Origin: Tubiluchus corallicola
Lineage: Eukaryota > Animalia > Priapulida
DNA length: 64,000 nt
NCBI GenBank assembly: GCA_030141605.1
Contig: JAQGDQ010002392.1
Span: 1 to 64,000, forward strand
Direction of reading: 5' to 3'
The first letter of the stretch is position 1; every line of letters begins with the position of its first letter. This document shows positions 20,749 to 28,656 of the stretch, one piece after another. The position numbers and the translations under genes are program-made. The notes beneath the pieces are model-generated. The model was not told the origin of the DNA. It searched no databases and saw only the letters and a list, made by a program, of their open reading frames with translations.

Positions 20749-21915
20749 ATGGAAGAAAAAACTACTATAAGCAAGCAAATATTTGACAAAGAAATTAATC
20801 TCGCAAGAAAAAGCCAAGACAAAACCTCGCCCGACTATTATGTAATTACTAAGCCGCTTAACTTTAAGAATTGTACTTTCAATTTCGATATAAATCTCGA
20901 TAACTATACCTTTGAAGAAGATGTATGGTTTGAGTATGCAGAGTTTAAAAAAGATGCTAACTTCCAAACCGTATATACTTTTATCGAAAGACCACTTACC
21001 CCAAGACCAACTATTTTTAAAAAGCGGGCTAACTTTTTCTATGCTAAGTTTGGAGGAGTGGCTGACTTTTACAAAGCAAAGTTTGAAGGAGAGGCTTACT
21101 TTTTCTATGCAAAGTTTGAAGGAGAGGCTAACTTTTTCGATGCAAAGTTTGGAGGAGTGGCTTACTTTAACAAAGCAAAGTTTGAAGGAGAGGCTTACTT
21201 TAATTATGCAAAGTTTGAAGCAAGGGCTGAGTTTCTCACTGTTAGCTTTAAAGAAATAGCAATATTTGCAGGTGTTAATAGCAATGAGGAAGATAAAAAA
21301 GATAAGGAAGATAAAGAAATCAAAGGAGAAAAAAAAGGTGAGTTATTTTTTAAAAATACCAACTTTATGAGTGCAGTAAGTTTTGCCGATATTTTTTTAG
21401 GAAAACTTACATTTCAGTCAGTGTTGTTCGACAAGCAAGTAAGCTTTCCCCCTGCCTCATCTATAGAAAATCAGATTGCCAATCCCGACCGTGAGTTTTT
21501 TAGGATAGCCAAGCACGAAAAACTAAAAATTAACGATAAGGTGGAAGCATTGAAGTATTACGCTTTGGAGATGAAGCAATATAAAAAGGAACCTGACAAA
21601 AAATATTTTGAATATCCTCTGCTTTGGCTCAACTGGATATCTAATAATCACGGTTCTAATTGGGTGCGGGGTGTAATATTTACCTTATTCTTTACTTGTG
21701 GGTTTTATTTTTGGTATATAAGTACTCTAAGTTGTATGCCAGAAATTCTGGTTGAGTATTTGCCTCAATTCTTTTTCCCTATACACGATTTTAATTTTAT
21801 GGAGGAGTATAAGCCAACAGTATGCAGTTATTTTATAGATGCAATTTCTCGTATCTTCATAGCTTACGGTATCTATCAAACTATTGCTGCATTCAGAAAA
21901 TACGGGAAAAACTAA
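20749..21915 (+). CDS. Pentapeptide-repeat protein with C-terminal TM domain, copy 3
   Basis: ATG at 20749 (MEEKTT) matches paralog starts; same architecture. Confidence 0.88.
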   Translation: MEEKTTISKQIFDKEINLARKSQDKTSPDYYVITKPLNFKNCTFNFDINLDNYTFEEDVWFEYAEFKKDANFQTVYTFIERPLTPRPTIFKKRANFFYAKFGGVADFYKAKFEGEAYFFYAKFEGEANFFDAKFGGVAYFNKAKFEGEAYFNYAKFEARAEFLTVSFKEIAIFAGVNSNEEDKKDKEDKEIKGEKKGELFFKNTNFMSAVSFADIFLGKLTFQSVLFDKQVSFPPASSIENQIANPDREFFRIAKHEKLKINDKVEALKYYALEMKQYKKEPDKKYFEYPLLWLNWISNNHGSNWVRGVIFTLFFTCGFYFWYISTLSCMPEILVEYLPQFFFPIHDFNFMEEYKPTVCSYFIDAISRIFIAYGIYQTIAAFRKYGKN

Positions 21916-22093
21916 CTATACTGCTTCAACCACTCGTCATATTTAGCTGGGTATAATAGCCGCCTCGTTGTGTCTATTCTTAGTGCTTAGCACCTCCTCC
22001 TACAAGCATAGTGTTATAGGTTCTGTAAGATGTTTTAACTTTTAATATAAATTGTCTATCTTTAACTGCTTTAAATTTTATCTTTAAAAAACA

Positions 22094-23185
22094 ATGGGAA
22101 AAAAAACTATTATAATGAACAAGCAAAGATTTGACGAAATAATTGATGATGCAAGAAAAAGCCAAGACAAAACCTCGCCCGACTATTATGTAATTACTAA
22201 GTCGCTTGACTTTAAGAATTGTACTTTCAATTTCTATATAAATCTCACTCGCTGTACCTTTGAAAAAGATGTAAATTTTAAGGGTGCAGAGTTTAAAAAA
22301 GAGGCTAACTTTTACTATGCAAAGTTTGGAGGAGTGGCTGGCTTTAATGCTGCAGAGTTTGAAGGAGAGGCTAACTTTACCAGAGCAGAGTTTGGAGGAT
22401 GGGCTGACTTTTTCAAAGCAAAGTTTGAAGGAGAGGCTGACTTTAAAGAGGCTAATTTTATGGGGGAGGCTGACTTTAACGAGGCTACTTTTAAAGGAAA
22501 GACTTCCTTTCGCTTGGCTGCTTTTACGGGGGAGGCTAACTTTAGCTTGGCTACTTTTGAAGGGCTAGCTGATTTTAGGGGGGTAAATGATAAAGCAAAA
22601 GGGAAAGGTGAGTTATTTTTTAAAAATACCAACTTTATGAGTGCAGTAAGTTTTGCCGATATTTTTTTAGGAAAACTTACATTTCAGTCAGTGTTGTTCG
22701 ACAAGCAAGTAAGCTTTCCCCCTGCCTCATCTATAGAAAATCAGATTGCCAATCCCGACCGTGAGTTTTTTAGGATAGCCAAGCACGAAAAACTAAAAAT
22801 TAACGATAAGGTGGAAGCATTGAAGTATTACGCTTTGGAGATGAAGCAATATAAAAAGGAACCTGACAAAAAATATTTTGAATATCCTCTGCTTTGGCTC
22901 AACTGGATATCTAATAATCACGGTTCTAATTGGGTGCGGGGTGTAATATTTACCTTATTCTTTACTTGTGGGTTTTATTTTTGGTATATAAGTACTCTAA
23001 GTTGTATGCCAGAAATTCTGGTTGAGTATTTGCCTCAATTCTTTTTCCCTATACACGATTTTAATTTTATGGAGGAGTATAAGCCAACAGTATGCAGTTA
23101 TTTTATAGATGCAATTTCTCGTATCTTCATAGCTTACGGTATCTATCAAACTATTGCTGCATTCAGAAAATACGGAAAAAACTAA
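22094..23185 (+). CDS. Pentapeptide-repeat protein with C-terminal TM domain, copy 4
   Basis: Same architecture; 3' half essentially identical to copy 3. Confidence 0.88.
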   Translation: MGKKTIIMNKQRFDEIIDDARKSQDKTSPDYYVITKSLDFKNCTFNFYINLTRCTFEKDVNFKGAEFKKEANFYYAKFGGVAGFNAAEFEGEANFTRAEFGGWADFFKAKFEGEADFKEANFMGEADFNEATFKGKTSFRLAAFTGEANFSLATFEGLADFRGVNDKAKGKGELFFKNTNFMSAVSFADIFLGKLTFQSVLFDKQVSFPPASSIENQIANPDREFFRIAKHEKLKINDKVEALKYYALEMKQYKKEPDKKYFEYPLLWLNWISNNHGSNWVRGVIFTLFFTCGFYFWYISTLSCMPEILVEYLPQFFFPIHDFNFMEEYKPTVCSYFIDAISRIFIAYGIYQTIAAFRKYGKN

Positions 23186-23362
23186 CTATACTGCTTCAAC
23201 CACTCGTCATATTTAGCTGGGTATAATAGCCGCCTCGTTGTGTCTATTCTTAATGCTTAGCACCTCCTCCTACAAGCATAGTGTTATAGGTTCTGTAAGA
23301 TGTTTGTAGATTTTTAAAAAATTGTCTATCTTACTGCTTCAAATCTTATCTTTAAAAAAACA

Positions 23363-24862
23363 ATGGAAGAAAAAACTACTATAACCAAGCAAGAATTTGA
23401 CAAAATAATTGATGATGCAAGAAAAAGCCAATACAAAAACTCGCCCGACTATAGAGTAATTACTAAGTCGCTTGACTTTGAGAATCGTACTTTCAATTTC
23501 GATATAAATCTCACTGGCTATACCTTTGAAGAAGATGTAAGGTTTGAGGGTGCAGAGTTTAAAAAAGATGCTAACTTCCGCACCACATATACAATTATCC
23601 AAAGAACAACTATCCAAAGAACAACTATTTTTAAAAAGGGGGCTAACTTTTACAAAGCAAAGTTTGGAGGAGAGGCTTACTTTGGAGGTGCAAAGTTTGA
23701 AGAAGTGGCTGGCTTTGAAGATGCAAAGTTTGAAGGAGTGGCTAACTTTGGAGGTGCAAAGTTTGGAGGAGTGGCTAACTTTATCGAAGCAAAGTTTGAA
23801 GGAGGGGCTGACTTTTATTATGCAAAGTTTGAAGGAGAGGCTAGCTTTAATGCTGTAAAGTTTGAAGGAAAGGCTGGCTTTAAAGGTGCAAAGTTTGAAG
23901 GAGGGGCTGGCTTTGTCCTTGCAAAGTTTGGAGGAGTGGCTTACTTTGGAGATGCAAAGTTTGGAGGAGAGGCTGACTTTTTCGAAGCAAAGTTTGAAGG
24001 AGGGGCTGACTTTTTAGCTGCAAAGTTTGAAGGAGATGCTGACTTTTTCAATGCAAAGTTTGGGAAAAATGCTAATTTTAACTATGCAAAGTTTGAAGGA
24101 GTGGTTGGCTTTGAAGAGGCTAATTTTATGGGGGTAGCTGAGTTCAAAGAGGCTACTTTTAAAGGAAAGACTTCCTTTCTCTCTATTACTTTTACGGGGG
24201 AGGCTAACTTTAGCTTGGCTACTTTTGAAGGGCAGGCTGATTTTAGGGGGGTAAATGGCAAAACAAAAGAAAAAGAAGGCGAATTGTTGTTTAAAAATAC
24301 CAGTTTTATGGGTGTAGTAAATTTTGCTGGTGTTTTTTTAGAAAAACTTACATTTCGGTCAGTGTTGTTCGACAAGCAAGTAAGCTTTCCCCCTGTCTCA
24401 TCTCTAAAAGAAAACATTACTTATCCCGACCGTGAGCTTTTTAGGATAGCCAAGCACGAGAAACTAAAAATTAACGATAAGGTGGAAGCATTGGAGTATC
24501 GTGCTTTGGAAATGAAGCAATATATAAAGGAACTCTGGAAAGCTAAGAAATGTACTAAACTTTTTCTGCCTTGCTTCAACTGGATATCCAACAGACACGG
24601 TTTAAGTTGGGGGCGGGGTGTAATGTTTACCTTATTTCTTACTTGTGGGTTTTATTTTTGGTATATAAGTACTCTAAGTTGTATGCCAGAAGCTCATATT
24701 AAGTATTTGCCTCAATTCTTTTTCCCTATACACGATTTTGATTTTATGGAGGAGTATAAACCAACGGAAATTAGTTATTTTATAGATGCAATTTCTCGTA
24801 TCTTCATAGCTTACGGTATCTATCAAACTATTGCTGCATTCAGAAAATACGGGAAAAACTAA
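23363..24862 (+). CDS. Pentapeptide-repeat protein with C-terminal TM domain, copy 5
   Basis: About 14 consecutive 33-bp units GCAAAGTTTGAAGGAnnGGCTnnCTTTnnnnnn. Confidence 0.88.
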   Translation: MEEKTTITKQEFDKIIDDARKSQYKNSPDYRVITKSLDFENRTFNFDINLTGYTFEEDVRFEGAEFKKDANFRTTYTIIQRTTIQRTTIFKKGANFYKAKFGGEAYFGGAKFEEVAGFEDAKFEGVANFGGAKFGGVANFIEAKFEGGADFYYAKFEGEASFNAVKFEGKAGFKGAKFEGGAGFVLAKFGGVAYFGDAKFGGEADFFEAKFEGGADFLAAKFEGDADFFNAKFGKNANFNYAKFEGVVGFEEANFMGVAEFKEATFKGKTSFLSITFTGEANFSLATFEGQADFRGVNGKTKEKEGELLFKNTSFMGVVNFAGVFLEKLTFRSVLFDKQVSFPPVSSLKENITYPDRELFRIAKHEKLKINDKVEALEYRALEMKQYIKELWKAKKCTKLFLPCFNWISNRHGLSWGRGVMFTLFLTCGFYFWYISTLSCMPEAHIKYLPQFFFPIHDFDFMEEYKPTEISYFIDAISRIFIAYGIYQTIAAFRKYGKN

Positions 24863-25059
24863 CTATACTGCTTCATCCACTCGTCATATAAATTTAAAGC
24901 CTCTGTAAGGTGTGTAAGAAAGTCAGTAGTATTTGTCAGTAGGTAGTTTGGTGTTAGGCATAATTACATCATTTTCTGCCAATTGATAATACATTACCTT
25001 ATTTTATTATTTATTTTTTGTAATTTTGTAAGTAATTTTTTAATAAAAAGGGACAAACG

Positions 25060-25731
25060 ATGAATTATTTTGTGTTGATTATTGCTATTATGGGAGTAAG
25101 TTGGTGGGTAGGCTATCAGCTCAAGTCTAAATTTAAGAAATACTCTCAGTTGCCTTTGAGTAGTGGAATTAGTGGTAAAGAGGTGGTGGAGAAAATGCTT
25201 CAAGACAATGGTATTTATGATGTGAAAATAACTTGTATTGCAGGTAGTTTGACCGATCATTACAACCCTTCCACAAAAAGCATCAATTTAAGTAAGGGTG
25301 TGTATAGTGGTAGAAATATAGCGGCTGCAGCGGTAGCAGCTCACGAATGTGGTCATGCTGTACAACACGCCAAGGCTTACAGCCTGTTACAAATGCGTTC
25401 GGCTTTGGTGCCTGCTGTTAGTTTCGCCTCTAAATGGATGCAGTGGGTTTTGATAGGAGGTATTTTAATGTTGGAGAGCTTTCCTCAATTATTATTCATA
25501 GGTATAATACTATTTGCTCTTACTACTCTGTTTAGTTTTATAACCTTGCCTGTGGAAATAGATGCTAGTAAAAGAGCACTGGTATGGCTGAACAATAGTG
25601 GTATAACTAATGTACATAATCACGATAAAGCAAAGGATGCTTTGAACTGGGCTGCTTATACATACGTAGTAGCTGCATTGTCTTCGTTGGCTACATTGCT
25701 GTATTACATAGGAGTATTTAATAGGGATTAG
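25060..25731 (+). CDS. Membrane zinc metallopeptidase (YugP / Zn_peptidase_2 family)
   Basis: LTDHYNP, AAHECGHAVQH, LPVEIDASKRAL, AAYTYV. Confidence 0.9.
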   Translation: MNYFVLIIAIMGVSWWVGYQLKSKFKKYSQLPLSSGISGKEVVEKMLQDNGIYDVKITCIAGSLTDHYNPSTKSINLSKGVYSGRNIAAAAVAAHECGHAVQHAKAYSLLQMRSALVPAVSFASKWMQWVLIGGILMLESFPQLLFIGIILFALTTLFSFITLPVEIDASKRALVWLNNSGITNVHNHDKAKDALNWAAYTYVVAALSSLATLLYYIGVFNRD

Positions 25732-25745
25732 GTTTTAATTGATAG

Positions 25746-26357
25746 ATGCAAGGCACACAGATGAAACTAAATTTTGATAAGAACGATGGCTTGTTGCCTG
25801 CTATAGTACAGGATGCAAATACTAAAAATGTATTGATGCTGGGCTATATGAACCAAGAAGCATTGGATAAAACACAAAAAGAGGGTAAAGTTACTTTTTT
25901 CAGTAGGTCTAAAAAACGACTATGGACTAAGGGCGAAACAAGTGGTAATTTTCTAAGTGTTGTAGATATAAAGGCTGATTGCGACAAAGATACACTGCTC
26001 ATATATGCTTTGCCCAAAGGTAATACTTGTCATACAGGTAGCGATACTTGCTGGGGTGAAGATAATAAGACCTCGGATTTTAACTTGCTTACGGAGTTAG
26101 AAACAATAATAGAAAGCAGACGCAATAATGCAACAGATAAATCATATACTACTTCTCTTTTTAAAAAAGGTATCAACAAAGTTGCTCAAAAGGTAGGCGA
26201 AGAAGCTGTGGAACTTGTTATAGAAGCAAAAGATAACAATGATGAATTGTTCCTAAATGAGGGTGCCGATTTGCTATTTCATTATCTGATATTACTGCAA
26301 GCCAAAGGTTACAGACTTGCCGATGTTCTCAATGTTTTAAAAGAAAGGAGACGATAA
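25746..26357 (+). CDS. hisIE: Bifunctional phosphoribosyl-AMP cyclohydrolase / phosphoribosyl-ATP pyrophosphatase
   Basis: LWTKGETSGN, DCDKD, TCHTG, QKVGEEAVE, ADLLFH. Confidence 0.95.
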   Translation: MQGTQMKLNFDKNDGLLPAIVQDANTKNVLMLGYMNQEALDKTQKEGKVTFFSRSKKRLWTKGETSGNFLSVVDIKADCDKDTLLIYALPKGNTCHTGSDTCWGEDNKTSDFNLLTELETIIESRRNNATDKSYTTSLFKKGINKVAQKVGEEAVELVIEAKDNNDELFLNEGADLLFHYLILLQAKGYRLADVLNVLKERRR

Positions 26358-26471
26358 GAAGGTGTGTAAAACAAGTTCTCTATCCATTTATTGATTTTCT
26401 ACACCTCCCTCCTCACATAAAGTTGTAGGCTACAAAAAAGCGAAATTAAACAAGCATATAATTGCCAAAGT

Positions 26472-27098
26472 TTAGAACAAACGACCAAGTATTTTTCTTC
26501 CGTGAAATTCTTGTGCAGAAATTTTGCTACTTACTTCCTTAATATTTTTATTGGTTACTCTACCTGCTACGATTATCTTTATTTTATTATTGGCAATTTT
26601 CAGCATATCATTGAGAACTTTTTCACCTTTCAATGCTGTTTCTTTTGTTCCTGAAGTTAATAAGCTGGTAACTCCTTTAATACCTATCAAATTAGAAAGT
26701 TCTTGCATTGGATTCTTTACTATATCAAAAGCCTTATGAAAAGTAACCTGCATAGGAAAAGACAAATTTGTCAGCTCTCTTGTTCTTCCTAAATCTATTG
26801 TCCCATCACTTGTTAATATACCAAATACCACCCCTTCTATCCCTTTTTCCTTGCAAAAAGCAATATCTTTTTTCATTTGCAAGAACTCTTTTTGTGAATA
26901 TACAAAGTTCCCCTTACGTGGTCTTATCATTACCATAATAGGAAGGTTTGTATGTTCTTTTATGGCTATTATATTTTCATAACTAGGAGTTAGTCCGCCA
27001 ACATCCAAGCTGCTGCAAAATTCTATTCTATTGGCTCCTCGTTTTTGAGCCTCAATGGCTTCTTCTATTGTTTCTACACAAACTTCTATAGTTCTCAT
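26472..27098 (-). CDS. cutC: Copper homeostasis protein CutC family
   Basis: IEVC, GGLTPS, MIRPRKGNFVY, TFHKAFD, LTSG. Confidence 0.9.
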   Translation of the reverse strand: MRTIEVCVETIEEAIEAQKRGANRIEFCSSLDVGGLTPSYENIIAIKEHTNLPIMVMIRPRKGNFVYSQKEFLQMKKDIAFCKEKGIEGVVFGILTSDGTIDLGRTRELTNLSFPMQVTFHKAFDIVKNPMQELSNLIGIKGVTSLLTSGTKETALKGEKVLNDMLKIANNKIKIIVAGRVTNKNIKEVSSKISAQEFHGRKILGRLF

Positions 27099-27117
27099 CT
27101 ATCAAAAGATAAGACCA

Positions 27118-28599
27118 TTAATAATATTTCTGCAACAAGTGTGGTTTTTCATTGTTTAATTTTAGTATTAACTCTCCAAACAATGTATTTGCCCAAGCGA
27201 ACCAATCTCTTGTAAAGTTATGGGGATTGTCCTTATCGAAAGATTCGTGCATAAAACCAGTATTAGCGTGGCTTTGTTTCAAGTGCTTTAAACATTGCTC
27301 TATTTCGGCCTCGTCGGTAGAAGTCATAGCTCTCATAATAATACTCATAGGCCAAATGTAATTATAAGGAGTATGTGGACTACCATTTCCTTCTATGCCT
27401 GTTTCTCCTTGAAAATAATAAGGGTTGTTTTCGCTTAATAGGAACTTTCTTGTCGATTGATATATAGGGTCGTCTACTTCCATTGCCCCAAGATAAGGTA
27501 ACGACAAAATACTTGGCACATTGGCATCATCCATATATAGCCTGTTGCCATATCCATCAACTTCAAAAGCAATTACGTTCCCATAATTCAGATGCGAGTT
27601 AATAGCATATTCATTTAAGGCTTGTTTCACTTCTTTTGACATAGCTTTGCATTCTTTAGCAAATTTTTTGTCTCCTACTACCTTATTGAATATTTCGGTA
27701 AGTTGGTCTAAGGACACTACTGCAAAATAATTAGAAGGAACTAAATACAAAAATATAGTTGCATCGTCCGAGGGTCTAAAAGTAGAGCAAATCAAACCAT
27801 TAGGCTTTGCTGGATTACCCCACCCAAGCCCCGGTGGTGTATCAGTAGCACGAGCAGTTACTCTCATAAAACTGTAAGGTCCTTTGTTTTCTTTTCTTTG
27901 CTGCTCCTTAAAGGTTTTCAACACTTCTTTCATAGCTTCTATCCACTCTTCATCAAAAATAGAAGTATCTCCTGTTTTTTTCCAATAATGATATGAAAGC
28001 CTTACTACATAACAAGGAGAATCTATTTCCCACTTGCGTTCGTGAAGTTCTGGACGCATTTTGGTCAAATCTGATTGCCATTCACCACCTATTGGCTCTT
28101 TGTTAAAAGCATTGGCATAAGGGTCTAACAACAAGAATGCTACTTGCTGATTTATTAGCCCTTTTATTAGCTCCTGTATCTTTTTATCTTTATTGGCGAG
28201 GTATAAATAAGGCCACACCTGTGCCGAAGAGTCGCGAAGCCACATAGCATCTATATCGCCTGTAATTACAAAAGTATAAGTCTTCCCTCCTTTTCTGTAC
28301 AGCTCTACCGTTGTATCCAATGTGTTTGGAAAACAGTTTGCAAACATCCACGCTAATTCTTCATCTGCTATTGATTTTTTTACATTCAGAATTGTTTCTT
28401 CTATGGTTTTATTGTAAAATTTTCTCTCTTTTACAGGAGGCCTCATAGAGATAGATTTATTATTTACTTTGGTAGCATCTTTGGGGGCTGTGTATTTGTC
28501 GGTTGTATCTGCTGCATCCTTAGCATTAGAATAAGAGCTAACAGCAAGTAAACAACTTAAAAGCATAGTTAATGTAATAGAAACAATATTTTTCTTCAT
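27118..28599 (-). CDS. GH125 exo-alpha-1,6-mannosidase
   Basis: NTLDTT, TGDIDAMWLRDS, ERKWEIDS, FRPSDD, MDDANVPS, FTRDWFAWAN. Confidence 0.92.
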   Translation of the reverse strand: MKKNIVSITLTMLLSCLLAVSSYSNAKDAADTTDKYTAPKDATKVNNKSISMRPPVKERKFYNKTIEETILNVKKSIADEELAWMFANCFPNTLDTTVELYRKGGKTYTFVITGDIDAMWLRDSSAQVWPYLYLANKDKKIQELIKGLINQQVAFLLLDPYANAFNKEPIGGEWQSDLTKMRPELHERKWEIDSPCYVVRLSYHYWKKTGDTSIFDEEWIEAMKEVLKTFKEQQRKENKGPYSFMRVTARATDTPPGLGWGNPAKPNGLICSTFRPSDDATIFLYLVPSNYFAVVSLDQLTEIFNKVVGDKKFAKECKAMSKEVKQALNEYAINSHLNYGNVIAFEVDGYGNRLYMDDANVPSILSLPYLGAMEVDDPIYQSTRKFLLSENNPYYFQGETGIEGNGSPHTPYNYIWPMSIIMRAMTSTDEAEIEQCLKHLKQSHANTGFMHESFDKDNPHNFTRDWFAWANTLFGELILKLNNEKPHLLQKYY

Positions 28600-28656
28600 T
28601 GTAATTAATTATTTGTTAAAAATGCGAATTTATTAAATATATTTGAATATACGATT

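Larger units (their letters stand above)
16188..24909 (+). repeat. Tandem gene array: 6 pentapeptide-repeat genes bounded by 7 copies of a conserved intergenic repeat
   Basis: ctatactgcttcaaccactcgtcatat... starts at about 16188, 17388, 19074, 20572, 21916, 23186 and 24863; every gene copy ends in ...AAFRKYGKN*. Confidence 0.92.

Noticed and set aside
17684-23858. Alternative-frame MQSLKE-repeat ORFs and antisense ORFs over the pentapeptide genes
   Set aside because: Shadow frames of the 33-bp repeat
17686-24117. Diversity-generating retroelement explanation for the AAC-to-NNC-like codon variation in the pentapeptide repeats
   Set aside because: No reverse transcriptase, Avd or template repeat in the window; adenines at silent positions (GCA, GAA, GGA) stay largely fixed, unlike DGR mutagenesis
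16188-24909. Integron (attC) cassette array
   Set aside because: All genes are paralogs, I found no GTTRRRY/RYYYAAC palindromic sites in the spacer, and no IntI is adjacent; tandem duplication is sufficient
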